DNA of 64,000 nt. Origin: Felis catus. Its lineage: Eukaryota. Under the pieces are notes generated by a model that was given only the letters and a program-made list of their open reading frames with translations, was not told the DNA's origin and made no database searches. This document shows positions 26,606 to 40,284 of the stretch, piece by piece. Numbering within the stretch: position 1 is the stretch's first letter; each line of letters begins with the position of its first letter. The DNA lies in the NCBI RefSeq assembly GCF_018350175.1, contig NC_058368.1, positions 83,764,001 to 83,828,000 of the forward strand. The letters run 5' to 3'. The translations under genes were made by a program, and so were the position numbers.

Positions 26606-28312
26606 CTAGTTTAATGCACAGCATAATTTTTAATGTTGAAAAATTTGCTTATATTTGTTTTTTATTTAATATTATATAAGAAGAACTGCAGATAACAAAG
26701 AATTAAAGTTATTATATTTAATTTAAAGTTAATATATACAAGAGTATATTACACCCTTTTTCATTATATCCAGAATTCCAATTGGATTCTTTTGGCTTTA
26801 TTTCATTCAGCAGGTGACAGAACCAAAATATTTAATTTTTAAATAATTCAACAGAATATACTTTATGTCCTGTCCTTAGGCTGTAGATAATAGGATTCAA
26901 TTTTGGAGGAACAACTGTATAGAATATGGACAGTACGAGGTGAAGATGAGAGGGGACATCTGACCTCAGTAACCCACTATAGCAGCACCAAGTAAAAAAA
27001 AAATCATGATTACCAAGTGAGGAACACAGGGAGAGAAGGCTTTGGACTCACTCTTAGTAGAGGAGATATTCAGAACAGTAGGCACCTTGTGCAAATATGA
27101 GAGAAAAATGGAGATAAAACAGACAAAATCCAATGAAAAGAGGTATGGGCACTCTGATGGAGCAAATAAATGTGAGAATAGGTACCTGAAGAGAGCAAAA
27201 GAACTACTTTATGACCTGTGTTGGTCTTTCTCTAAAGCGACACGGCTCAATGCCTATAAGGTCCCTCACTCCATGATTTGTTTCATGCAGAAAAGTGAGA
27301 GGTTAATTACTGCCCAGTCTCCCCAGCCCAAGAAGTCCACTTCTTTCTCAATCAGCCAAAAATTGAGATGATTTGCATAGCTGGTTAGTCTGGGGAAGCT
27401 AAAAACAGGGAAAAGAGTTGGGGTTTGCAACAACTGGGTGCAGAACTTAACAATTGGTAATGGTGGCAACTAAATAACTGTGGACTCCACCAACAGGCTT
27501 ACCTATAAACTTCATAGGAGGCATCACCTGTGTGTACCCTCAAACAGTGCACATGTGCCCCCCAGCAATCCATGTGCCCAAATGACCCTGTGGCCAGTGC
27601 TCCGCATGTCCATGCAGACAGTGGACTAAAACCTCTACAGATCATGTGCAAAGAAAATGAAGTATCCACTGAAAAGGTCTGAGAGACTACCCAGAATTCA
27701 TAACATGATGGACTGGTAAAATTCTTTATATTTGCAAGCCACTTTATTCTTCCAATGCAAAGACACCAATGGAAAACTTCAAAACACAAGCAATCAAAGA
27801 AACATAACACCAGCAAAGGCACAATAATTGTCCATTAGCTGACACCAAAAAATAGAGAACTATGAATTGTCCAACCAAATATTCAAAATAATTGTTTCAA
27901 GAAAGCTAAGCTCAGCAAAACACAGATATGCAACTAAATGAAATCGGGACAATATATGAACAAAATGAGAAGTGCAAGAGATGAAATTACCTAATAAAAC
28001 TTCTGGAGCTGGAAAATGAAATAAATGAAATGAGAAATGCAGTGGAGACAAGCAGGAAGGAAAAACGAATCTCTGAATTTGAAGATAAGTGATTTGAAAT
28101 TATACAGGCAGGAAAAAAAGAATAGAAAAGACTTAAGAAAACCTACAGGATTTGATATGCCATTATGTAAACCACCGTACATACTACTACAGTTTTAGAA
28201 GGAGAAAAGAGAAAAGAACAGAAAACTTATTTAAAGAGATAACGAGAAAAAAAAGTAAAACATCCTAAATTCTTAGTGCAATATGGAAATTCAAGTTCAA
28301 GAAACTCAAAAG

Positions 28313-29245
28313 ACCCTATGTTTATTGCACCATTATCTACAATAGCTAAGATATGGAAACAGCCAAAATATACACTGATTGATGAATGGATAAGGGAGAT
28401 GTGGTAATATACACAATGAAATATTATTTCTTGCCATTTGCAAAGACATGGATGGGGCTACAGAGTATAATGCTAAGTGAAATAAGTCACTCAGAGAAAG
28501 AAAAATGCATGATTTTTCTCATATGTGGAATTTAAGAAACAAAACAAATAACAAAGGAATAAAAGGGAGAGAGGAACTAAGAAACAGACTCATAAATATC
28601 TTCTCCCATTCTGTCGGTTGCCTTTTAGTTTTGCTGATTGTTTTCTTCGCTGTGCAGAAGCTTTTTATTTTGATGAGGTCCAAGTAGTTCATTTTTGCTT
28701 TTGTTTCCGTTGCCTCCAGAGACGTGTTGAGTAAGAAGTTGCTGCAGCCAAGGATCAAAGAGGTTTTGCCTGCTTTCTCCTCAAGGATTTTGATGGCTTC
28801 CTGTCTTACATTTAGGTCTTTCATCCATTTTGAGTTTATTTTTGTGTATGGTATAAGAAAATGGTCCAGGTTCTTTCTTCTTCATGTGGCTGTCCAGTTT
28901 TCCCATCAACAATTACTGAAGAGACTGTCTTTATTCCCCTGGATATTCCTCCCTGCTTTGTCAAAGATTAGTTGGCCATATGTTTGTGGATCCATTTCTG
29001 GGTTCTCTATTCTGTTCCATTGATCTTAAGTATAGAAAACAAGCTGATGGTTCCAGGAGGGGAGGAGGTTGGGGGATGGGTTAAATAGATTATGGGTATT
29101 AAGTAGTACACTTGTGATGAACACTGGGTGTTATATGGAAGTGTTGAATCACTATAGTACACACCTGCAACTATTACAACACTATGTTAAATAATTGGAA
29201 TTAAAATAAAAACTTTAAAATATAAGTAAGTAAATAAATGAACAA
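28313..29245 (+). mobile_element. 5'-truncated carnivore L1 3' end
   Basis: ccctatgtttattgcacc...3'UTR...A tail; degenerate TSD aagaaactcaaaaga / aagaagcagaaaaga. Confidence 0.85.
28594..29026 (-). mobile_element. Young internal L1 ORF2 fragment lacking 3'UTR and poly(A)
   Basis: ORF 28519-28824 reads [19 protein letters not shown]...KRQPTEWEKIF; CpGs retained. Confidence 0.9.
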
Positions 29246-29593
29246 AAAGAAGCAGAAAAGATCACAAATAGAATCCAACCAAGGAAAATTACATCAAAAA
29301 CACTGTAAAAATATTAAGTAAAAAAAAATAAATAAAGAGAAAATTGAAAAAAAATCAAGAAAAATGTGACTCATCATGTGTAGGGGAACTTGTATAATTG
29401 TATCAGCACTTTTCTCAGCAAAATCCTTGAGGGTCAGGAGATTGTAGGGCGATATGAATCCAAAGTGTTGAAAGAAAAGAAAAATATTAAGCAAGAACAC
29501 CATACATGGCAAATTTGTCCATCAGGAAAATAAAAAAAGCTGATCTTCCAAAAACATGAAGGAGCTCATCACCAGTAAATGCTAAACAAAGTT

Positions 29594-29805
29594 AGGGCAC
29601 CTGGGTGGCTCAGTCAGTTAAGCGTTCGACTTCTGCTCAGATCATGATCTCACAGTTCATGAGTTCAAGCCCTGCATTGGGCTCTGTGCTGACAGCTCAG
29701 AGCCTGGAGCTTGCTTCAGATTCTGTGTCTTCCTCTGTCTGCCCCTCCACCACTTGTACTCTGTCCCTCACATTGCCTCAAAAATAAATAAAACGTTAAA
29801 AATAT
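29594..29805 (+). mobile_element. Can-SINE
   Basis: Perfect 18-bp TSD taaatgctaaacaaagtt. Confidence 0.95.
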
Positions 29806-30139
29806 TAAATGCTAAACAAAGTTCTTCAAGTTGGAATAAACTAATTAGTAATATAAAATCTATGAAAGTAAAAAACAATAGTAAATAGTCAAATTTAGAA
29901 TATCTAATAGTATAATTGTAGGGTGTAATTTTATTTTAACTCTAGTATAATAGTTAAAAATGAATGTATTAAAATAATTACAGATATAAAAGTCTGTTAA
30001 AGGATATACAATATATGTTTTGGTAATTTGTGATATCAATAACATAAAAGGTTTGTGTGGGAAAGTAAAACTACTGCTTTTGTATGTCATTAAAGTTGTT
30101 TCCAGCTTAAAACAGACTGTAATGACAATAAATTGTCTT

Positions 30140-30166
30140 TTTTTTTCTTTTTAATGCACGGAGTCA

Positions 30167-30210
<44 letters not shown>

Positions 30211-30243
30211 ATGAATATATATAATATATAATATATATATATA

Positions 30244-30284
<41 letters not shown>

Positions 30285-33200
30285 CATAATTTATTGTCAA
30301 ATTGGTTTCCATACAAAACTCAGTGCTCATCCCAACAGGTGCCCTCCTCCCTGCCCATCACCCACTTTCCCTTCTCCCCCACCCCACAACTCCCCTTAGT
30401 TTGTTCTCAGTCTTTAAGAGTCTCTTATGGTTTGCCTCCTTCCCTCTCTGTAACATTTTTCCCCCTTTCCCTCCACCATGGTCTTCTGTTATGTTTCTCA
30501 GGACCACATATGAGTGAAAACATATGGTATGTGTCTTTCTCTGCCTGACTTATTTCACTTAGCATAATACTCTCCAGTTGCACCCATGTTGCTACAAATG
30601 GCCAGATTTCATTCTTTCTCATTGCCAAGTAGTATTTCATTGTATACAAAAAACCATATCTTTTTTATCCATTCTTCAATTGATGGACATTTAGGCTCTT
30701 TCCATAATTTGGCTATTGTTGAAAGTGCTGCTATAAACATTGGGGTACAAGTGCCCCTATGCATCAGCACTCCTGTATCCCTTGGGTAAATTCTGAGCAG
30801 TGCTATTGTTGGGTCATTGGGTATATCTATTTTTTAATTTTTTGAGGAACCTCCACACTGTTTTCCAGAGTGGCTGCACCAGTTGCATTCCCACCAACAG
30901 TTCAAGAGGGTTCCCGTTTCTCCACACCCTCTCCAGGATCTATAATCTCCTGATTTGCTCATTTTGGCCACTCTGACTGGCATGAGGTGATATCTGAGTG
31001 TGGTTTTGATTTGTATTACCCTGATAAGGAGCGACGTTGAGCATCTTTTCATGTGCCTGTTGGCCATCCGGATGTCTTCTTTAGAGAAGTGTCTATTCAT
31101 GTTTTCTGCCCATTTCTTCACTGGGTTATTTGTTTTTCGGGTGTGGAGTTTGGTGAGCTCTTTATAGATTTTGGATACTAGCCCTTTGTCCGATATGTCA
31201 TTTGCAAATATCTTTTCCCATTGCATCAGCTGCCTTTAAATTTTACTGATTGTTTCCTTTGCAGTGCAGAAGCTTTTTATCTTCATGAGGTCCCAATAGT
31301 TCATTTTTGCTTTTAATTCCCTTGGCTTTGGAGATGTATCAAGTAAGAAATTGCTGCAGCTGAGGTCAAACAGGTTTCTTTCTGCTTTCTCCTCTGGGAT
31401 TTTGATGGCTTCCTGTCTCACATTCAGGTCATTCAACCATTTTGAGTTTATTTTTGTGTATGATGTATGAAAGCGGTCTAGTTTCATTCTTCTGCATGAT
31501 GCTGTTCATTTCTCCCAGCTCCATTTGTTTAAGAAACTGTCTTTTTTCCATTGGTTTCTCTTTCCTAATATATATTCCATTGCTTTGGAATGCAGAGTTC
31601 TAAATATATCTGTGAAGTCCATCTGATCCAATGTATCATTCAGGGCCCTTGTTTCTTTATTGATTCTCTGTCTAGATGATCTATTCATTGTTGCAAGTGG
31701 AGTATTAAAGTCCCCTGCAATCACCACATCCTTATCAATAAGGTTGCTTATGTTTGTGATTAATTGTTTTATATATTTGGGGGCTTCCAAATTCAGTTCA
31801 TAGCAATTTATAATTGTTAAATCTTCATGATTGATAGACCCTGTAATTATTATATAATGTCCTTCTTCATCTCTTGTTACAGCCTTTAATTTAAAGTCTA
31901 GTTTGTCTAATATAAATATGGCTACTCCAGCTTTCTTGTGACTTCCAGTAGCATCATAGATACTTCTCCATCCCCTCACTTTCAATCTGAAGGTGTCCTC
32001 TGGTCTAAAATGAGTCTTTTGTAGGAAGTAAATAGATGGGTCTTGTTTTTTTTTCCCATTCTGATACCCTATGTCTTTTGGTTGGAGCATTTAGTCCATT
32101 TACATTCAGTGCTGTTATTGAAAGAAAGGGGTTTAGAGTCATTGTGATATCTGTATGTTTCATGCTTGTAGTGGTGTCTCTGCTACTTAGTGGTCCTTGC
32201 AACATTTCACTCACAGAGTCACCCTTAGGATTTCTTGTAGGGTTGGTTTACTGGAGATGAATTCCTTCTGTTTTTGTTTGTTTGGGAAGACCTTTATCTC
32301 TCCTTCTATTCTGAATGACAGACTTGCTGGATAAAGTATTCTCGGCTGCATATTTTTTCTGTTCATCACACTGAAGATTTCCTGCCATTCCTTTCTGGCC
32401 TGACAAGTTTCAGTAGATAGATCTGCTGCTAGTCTTATGTGTCTACCTTTGTATGTTAAGACCTGTTTATCCCTAGCTACTTTGAGAATTCTCTCTTTAT
32501 CTTTTTATTTTGCCAGTTTCACTATGATATGTTTTTCAGAAGATCAATTCAAGTTACATCTGAAGGGAGTTCTCTGTGCCTCCTGGATTCCAATGCCTGT
32601 TTCCTTCCCTAAATCGGGAAAGTCTCAGCTATGATTTGTTCAAGTACACCTTCAGTCCCGTTCTGTCTTTTGTTTTTCTGGAATTCCTATGATACGGATA
32701 TTGTTCCATTTGATTGCATCATTTTTTTTCTCTAATTCTCCTCTTGTATTCCTGGATTTCTTTATCTCTATTTTTCTCAGCTTTCTCTTTTTCCACAATT
32801 TTATCTTCTAATTCACATATTCTCTCTTCTGTCCCTTCAATCCGTGCTGTGGCCACCTCTATTTTATGTTGCATCTCATTTATACCATTTTTTAATTCAT
32901 CATGAATATTGTTTAGTCCCTGATCTCTGTAGCAATAGATTCTCTGCTGTCCTCTATGCTTTTTTCAAGCCCAGCAATTAATTTTATGACTATTATTCTA
33001 AATTCTTGTTCAGTTATATTGCTTACATCAGTTTTGATCAATTCGTTAGCTGTCACTACTTCCTGGAATTTCTTATATGAGACTTCTATTTTATCATTTT
33101 GGCTAGTTTTATGTCCCATATGCGTTTTAAAAGCTTATTGTGTGCTCTGCACCTGTGAGCACTGCTATATTAAAGGAGGGTCATACACTGTCCAGGGCCC

Positions 33201-34934
33201 GGCCCTTCAGGAGGTGTTTTTTCGAAGATTGTTACTTGTTCTCTGTTATCGTGACTTTGGTTATTTTATTACCCTACTTATAGTGATATTTTGGATACTC
33301 CACCTGGTGTGCTTTGATTTGTTCCTTGGAGTAGATATGTAAAGGGAAACAGACAGACAAACAGGAGACAAAAATGTTCAAACACACAAACAAATAACAC
33401 AAACAACCAAATAAACAAACAAAAAAAAAACTAAAGACTAAAACAAAAAACCCAATAACACCGAGTACAAGTAAAGAAGAGGGTGAAGATGGTGCTGATA
33501 GAAGAGCACATGCAAAGAGAGAAACGACAGGAGTGTTGGGGTGGGGGAAGAAAAAATAAACATTGATTAAGCAGAGCTACAAAAGGCTTAATTCAGAGAG
33601 AGAGGAAAATAAGGAGGCAGGGAAAACGAAATGAAGATAAAATTACCCAGTCAGAGAAAGTATATGACTTGATTATTCCAGAGAGTGAGAAAGGAGTGTA
33701 AAGGAGGTGTATCAAGACACCAAGACATGTATCAAGACAATGGATTAAATATATCTGTTTAGACAGACCAATAACCATAGTAACCAGCCTAGGGGAGGGA
33801 TGAGATAAGAAGAAAACAGGAGGGGGGAGAACATATCTATATATCCAGAATTGACCTAGAGTTAATCCAGGCAATGCTGCAGTGCTTGTCAGGAGGAGCT
33901 GTCCCCAGGGTCTGTGCTGCTTTGATGGATATGCAGTTACCCAGTGTGAAGGGGTGAGGTTTGGTGTAATTTGGACCCACCTCCACTATGGTCCCCAGGA
34001 GTGATCCTTGAGGCCCTGTCTTGGGGTGGTGGGGGGGACAGGAATGGTGATCCCCCAGTCTCTTCTCCACCGAGCCTGACCCAGTGGACTCTGTTTGAGT
34101 CGTCCGCATTGTGCCTCGGGTGCAGACGAGGTGGTCCTCCTCACTCCACCAACTCCCCTGACCCTGCATTTGGCTAGGATTCAAAGTCTTGCTTTGTGCC
34201 CTCTGGCAATGGGGAAGTGCCTCTCAGCGTGGCTGGATATGTGGTCCCGGATGGTTTTGTCTGTGCCTCTGCATTTCAGGGAGGACCACCTTTTCCTACT
34301 GCAGACTGAGAGCCACCACCCTCACCGTGAGCTCCTGCAGTGGCACATACAGGCAGGCTTTGCCTTTTCCCACAGCACCCCAGGGAGATGACCACCTTTT
34401 CCTACTGCAGACTGCGCCCTTGGCCCAGCCACTGAGCCCAGGGGTGGTGGACACAAGCAGGCTTTGTACTATCACACAGCCTTCCAGGGGGGGAATCACT
34501 TTTTCCAACTGCAGACTGAGACCCTGACATACATCCACACCCAGGCCTTGGCTCCCATCCTCCCCAGGTGCGCACATAGGGATCCTGCCCCAAAGAAAGC
34601 CCTGCAGTTAGAGATCTCCCCTCTCAGTCTCAGTCCGAGGTCTTTCTCCTGTCCAGATATGGTCCTACACTTCCCTAGCCACTTTTTCTCTTCCCTTTAT
34701 CTCTCTGCAGAATGGGGTCCCTCCCTTCCATGCCCACATGGCATTTTTTTTTATTTCCCCTAATGTGCAGTTTATCACCTTTTTTTCCAGCTTTCCCATT
34801 TTCTTCCTAGTAGATTCAGTCTCTTTCCTCCCAGGCTCTGGTGTTCAAAGTCCTTTGGCTTCTGCACTTTTTTGCTTGAGAGATGTGAAAAGTATGGATC
34901 CCCTACTTCTCTGTCATGTTGGCCCTTCACTGAG
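30140..34934 (-). mobile_element. L1-D: felid L1 with intact 5' end and 3' tail but about 2.2 kb of ORF2 (including RT) deleted
   Basis: 5' start ccaacatgacagagaagtagggg (reverse complement, about 34925); ORF1, EN and C-terminal domain; TSD aataa(at/ga)tgtctt at 30127-30139 and 34935-34947. Confidence 0.93.
30170..30286. repeat. (TA)n compound microsatellite
   Basis: Directly visible. Confidence 0.95.
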
Positions 34935-35162
34935 AATAAGATGTCTTATATAGGATGTATACCAAGAAGAAAAAAAAATACTTAATCAGGTACACAAAGA
35001 TAAAGAGAAGTAAGTTAACCAATAAAATCATAAATAAATCAATAAAATCATAAATCAATAAAAGATAATTAAATTACAAAAGAAGAGAGCAAGTTATGAA
35101 TAAAGAGACTATAAAGCATTAATAAAACAATAAAAAATGAAAACAATTTCCCTATCAATAAC

Positions 35163-35206
<44 letters not shown>

Positions 35207-35209
<3 letters not shown>

Positions 35210-38200
35210 GAAAAGTTGGCACACAGTGTTATGTTAGTTACAGGCATAAAGGCATAGTGAATCAACAACTTCATAGATTGTCCAGTGTTCATCAAGATAA
35301 GTGTTAATACAATCTGTCACCACACAATATTATAATACTATTGACTATACTTGTCATTTCTATGGTTTATTTATTTTGTTACTAGAAGTTTTTACCTCTT
35401 AATACCTCTATCATTTTTGTCCATCTCTCCACACTCTTCCCCTCTGGCAATCACCAGTTTGTTCTGTATTTATGGGTCTATTTCTGTTCTTTTGTTTGTT
35501 TCTTTGTTTTGTTCTTTAGATTCACATATAAGCAAAATCATGCTATGCATCTTCTCTGACTTATTTCACTTAACATAATACCCTCACCTCTATTTATGTC
35601 AAAAATGAGAAGGTCTTATTTTTTATGGCTGATCAATATTCCATTATATAGATTGATTATTATAGATAGACATACATCTATCTATCTATCTATCTATCTA
35701 TATATATATATCTATATATTTTATATGTCTCTACTGATATGTAGACCAAAGTATACAACTCTCTCTCACTCTCTATCTATATCTATACCTATGTCTCTAT
35801 CTATCTATCTATCTATCTATCTTAATCTTCCATATCTTGGTTATTGTAAATAATGCTGCAATAAATTGGAGTGCATATATATTTTCAAATTAGGATTAGT
35901 GTTTTCATTATGTTTACATAAGTATCTGGTAAAGGAATTACTGAACCATATGGTATTTCTAGTTTTAATTTTTGCAGGTACCTCAGTGCAGTTTTTCACA
36001 GTGGGTTCACCAATTTACATTCCCACCAATAGTGAGCAAAACTTCCCTTCCCTTCACATCTTCACCAACACTTGTTATTTTGTGTCTTTTTTATGCTAGC
36101 TGCTCTGACAACTATGGAATAATATCTCCTGTGTTTGATTTGCATTTCCCCATTGATGAGTGATTTTAAGGAAATTGAAATGTCTGTTTGTCATCTGTAT
36201 GAGGTTTTGGAAGAAAGTGTATTCAGGTCACTGTGCACTTACTTTGTAATCAATTATTTTTTGGTATTGAGTTATATAAGTTCTTTATATATTGTGGATA
36301 TTAAACCTTTAGCAGATATATCATTTTCAAATATTTTCTCCCATTCACTAGGTCACTTGTTCTTTTATTGATGTTACCCTTTCTTGTTCAAAATCTTTCA
36401 TTTTATTCCCAATATTTTATTTTTGTTTTTGTTTCCCTTGTTTTAAGAGATATATTTAAAAAGATGTTACTATGACCTATATCCACGCTATAACTGCCTA
36501 TGTTTTATTTAAGGAGTTTTTAAGGTTTTCAATTTAAGATATAGATTTATAATAGATATTGAGTATATTTTTGAGCTCTAACAAAGTGATCCAGTTTCAG
36601 TCTTTTGCATATAGCTCTCCAATTTTCCCAACACAATTTATTGAAGAGATTATCTTTGCCTTGTTGTATATCCTTGCTTCCTTTGTCATAGATTAATTGA
36701 CCATAGAAGCATGCGTTTATTTCTGGGCTCACTATTCAGTTCCATTAATTTATGTTCTATTTTTGTGCCAGTAGCATACTGGCACCATATGAAATCTTGA
36801 AATATTGTGATATTTATGAGTTAGTTATTTTTTCTTATGATTGGTTTGACCCTTCAGTGTTTTTTGGTTCCTTATAAATTTTAGGATTATTTGGTCAAGT
36901 CTTGGGAAAAATGTTATTGATATTTCAAAAAGAATTGCTTTGAAGCTGTATATTGGCTTGGGTGCTATAAAATAAAAAATATTCATTCTTTCGTTGGGTG
37001 AACACAAAACATCTTTCCATTTGTTGGTGTCCTCTTCAATTTATTTTATTAAAGTTTCATAGTTTTCAGAGTATAGTTTTCAGTATATCGTTTTCACTTC
37101 CTCTGTTAAGTTTAGTCCTAGGTATTTTATTCCTTTTGTTGCAGCTATAAATGCAATTATTTTCTTAATTTCTTCTGCTGTTACTTTGTTATTAATGTGT
37201 AGAAATGTAGCAAATTTATGTATATTAATTTTGTATTCTGCAACTTTACTGAACTCATTTATTAGATCTAGTAGTTTTTAGGTGGAGTCTAGTGTTTTCT
37301 ATATATAATGTTATGTCATCTGTAAATAGTAAAATTTTATTTAATTTTTTTACCAATTTGGGTGGCTTTTATTTCTTTACTTGTCTAATTGCTGTGGCAA
37401 AGACTTCCATTACTATATTTAATAAAAGTGATGAGTGTGGAAATTCTTGTCTTATACCTGATCTTAGGGGAAAAGCTCCCAGGTTTTCACCATTGAGTCT
37501 GATGTTAGCAGTGGGTATTCATATATGGCCTTGATTATGTTGAGTATATTTCCTCTAAATGTAAGTGGTGAAAGTTTTCATCATTAAATGAAATTGTGCC
37601 TTATCAAATGCTGTTTCTGCATCTATTGAGATTGCCACATGGTTTTGATCCTTTTTGTTGTAAATATGATATATCACATTGATTTATGTGTTGCTATTTG
37701 TATATTGAACCACTGTTGCATCCCTGGAGTAACTCCCACTTGATCATGGTGAATTATCTTTTTAATATGTTGTTAGATTCAGTTTGCTAATATTTTGTTG
37801 AGGAGTTTTGCCCCTATTGTGCCAAGAATATTGGCCTTTACTATTTTGTTGTTGTTATTGTTGCTGTTGTTATTATTGTAGTTCTTTGTAGTACCTTTGT
37901 CTGCTTTTCACCACATAGAATAAATTTGGAAGCTATTCTTCTTCTAAATCTTATAATAGGTTCAGGAGATAGATATTAACTTCTTTAAATATTTTGTAAA
38001 ATTTACCTGTCAGGCCATCTCATCCTGGACTTTTGTTTGTTGAGAGTATTTTGATACCAATTCAGCTTCATTATTAGTAATTGATATGTTCAAATAATTC
38101 TCTTACCTCCAGATTTGCTAATGAAAGATTACATATTTTTATGAATTTATCCATTTCTTTTAGGTTGTCAAATTTTTTGGCAACTTTTTTGTAGTAGTTT

Positions 38201-38331
38201 CTTATAATCATTGGAATTACTGTGGTGTTGGTTAGTATTTCTCTTTCATTTCTGGTTTTAGTTATTTCATACTTTTTATTTTCATAATTTTAACTAAAGT
38301 TTTATTAATTTTGTTTATCTTTTCAAAGAAT
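35207..38331 (-). mobile_element. L1-E: older carnivore L1, 3' half of ORF2 plus 3'UTR
   Basis: Antisense ORF2 (YGQLIYDKG...[10 protein letters not shown]); (TA)n at 35168-35206 in place of the tail; (CTAT)n at 35676-35822. Confidence 0.88.
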
Positions 38332-40063
38332 TGGCACATCAGTAGGCACCATTTCTCTCCCTTGCCACTCAACATAAATGCAGAGCCACATGCCAAGGAC
38401 AGTGAAGCCCCAATACTTGCTGCCTAGCCTGTTTTCTCCAACTCCCACTCCAATGCACTCTTACACAGCTGCCTTTATTGGTCAAACCTCCTTAATCCCA
38501 GTGTGGTGAAATCACCCTCTGGAAGACCAGGGCAGTCTTATGCTTACACCAGGTCCCTAATGCCTGGAGTTTTAAAGACAGAAGGCTTGACTGACAGATA
38601 TCCCAGAGGGAACTACAATGCTCCTGGAAGGAGGTAGGAAAACATCCCAGAGGTAGACAGATTGAAAAAAGTAATTAAAAAATGCCTGGGGCACACAGAA
38701 GGGGAGATTATTCACTCTTCAAGGAGTGTTTCCTGAGAGCAACAAGCAGGGATCCCTCTCCAGTGACAAGAGTTGGCTGGTACCATTTTCCTACACAACC
38801 CTTCAGCATAAACACATAACCACCATTGATAAACAGCAAAGCCCTAAGACTGGCTGCCTAACATGTGAAAACAAGTTCCCACAGCACAGTGTCCTGCCAG
38901 TATGGCCCTTCTTAGTTAAGTTTGCATGAGGCCCTGCACAGTGGATCCTTCCCCAGAAGACCAGCAGAAACCCCTGCCCACACCTTATCCCAACCAGAGT
39001 TCTACAAGGCTATTGGAAGTACCACCAATGAACACCTAGTTAAGACTTGCCAAACTCTAGAAAAAGGCAAAACATTGCCCACTGTAGGCAAGGAGAACCT
39101 CCAAATAAGAATGGTCTGAAAGATAGAGAAGTCGAAACACCACAGCAGAGTGCACACAGCACACATCAGAGACTCCCTCTGAAGTGCCAGGTCCTGGATA
39201 TTATATGACCTCTTCCTCATAAAGCCATTACTCTCAGGAGCAAGAAATGTAAGAGGCTTTTCTAACAATCAGAAGAATACAGAGACTTAGAGAAAGAGCC
39301 AAGATGGAAGAATTCATCCCAAATGAAACAAGATAAGGTCATAATCAGATTCTAAGCAAAACAGATATAAGTAATATTGCTGATGGAGAATTTAAAACAG
39401 CAGTCATAAAGATACTCACTGGGCTTGAAAAAGAATGGAAGACATCAAGGAGCCCCTTAACACAGTGATAAAAGAGTTAAAAAACAAGTAGTCAGAAATA
39501 AAGAATGCAATAACTGAGATGAATGAAAACAAGGATGGAGGAAGCAAGGAACAAGTAAGTGATATAGTAGATGAAGTAATGGAAAATGATGAAGCTGAAC
39601 AAAAGAGAGAAAGAATTGTGGAACACAAAAGGAAACAGGAAGCTCAGTGATCCCCATCAAACGTAATAACATTCATATTATAGGAGTTCCAGAACAAGAA
39701 GAGAGAAAAAAAGAGGTGAAAAAATTATTTGAGAAAGTAATAGCTGCAAACATCTTTACTCTGGGGAAGGAAACAGACATCCACATCCAGGAAGGCACAG
39801 AAAACTTCCATGAAAATCAGCAAAAGCAGGCAAACACCAAGACATATTGCAGTTAAATTTACAAAATATAGCAATAAAGAAAAAATCTTAAAAACATCAA
39901 GAAAAAAGAAGTCCTTAACTTACGAGGGAAGACCCACAAGGCTAGCTGTATATAGCTTCATAGAAACATGGCAAGCCATACTAAAAGTACTTTAAGGGAA
40001 AAATCTGCAGTCAAGAATATTCTATGTGGCAAGTATATCATTCAGAGTAGAAAAAGAGATAAA

Positions 40064-40284
40064 GGGGCGCCTGGGTGGCGCAGTCGGTTAAGCGTCCGAC
40101 TTCAGCCAGGTCACGATCTCGCGGTCCGTGAGTTCGAGCCCCGCGTCGGGCTCTGGGCTGATGGCTCGGAGCCTGGAGCCTGTTTCCGATTCTGTGTCTC
40201 CCTCTCTCTCTGCCCCTCCCCCGTTCATGCTCTGTCTCTCTCTGTCCCAAAAATAAATAAACGTTGAAAAAAAATTTTTTTTAA
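40064..40284 (+). mobile_element. Very young felid SINE (SINEC_Fc-like)
   Basis: CpGs intact, A-box tggcgcagtcgg, B-box gagttcgagccc; perfect TSD agaaaaagagataaa. Confidence 0.97.

Larger units (their letters stand above)
26940..35167 (+). mobile_element. Old L1M host element (5'UTR, ORF1, inter-ORF), interrupted by later insertions
   Basis: ORF1-like text 27750-28310, continuing at 29246-30137 and 34935-35167 across insertion TSDs. Confidence 0.7.

Noticed and set aside
39968..40267. ORFs sharing GAPGW...RLSVRLQPGHDLAVREFEP (also 13355-13630)
   Set aside because: They are read-through translations of the same SINE subfamily, not a gene family.
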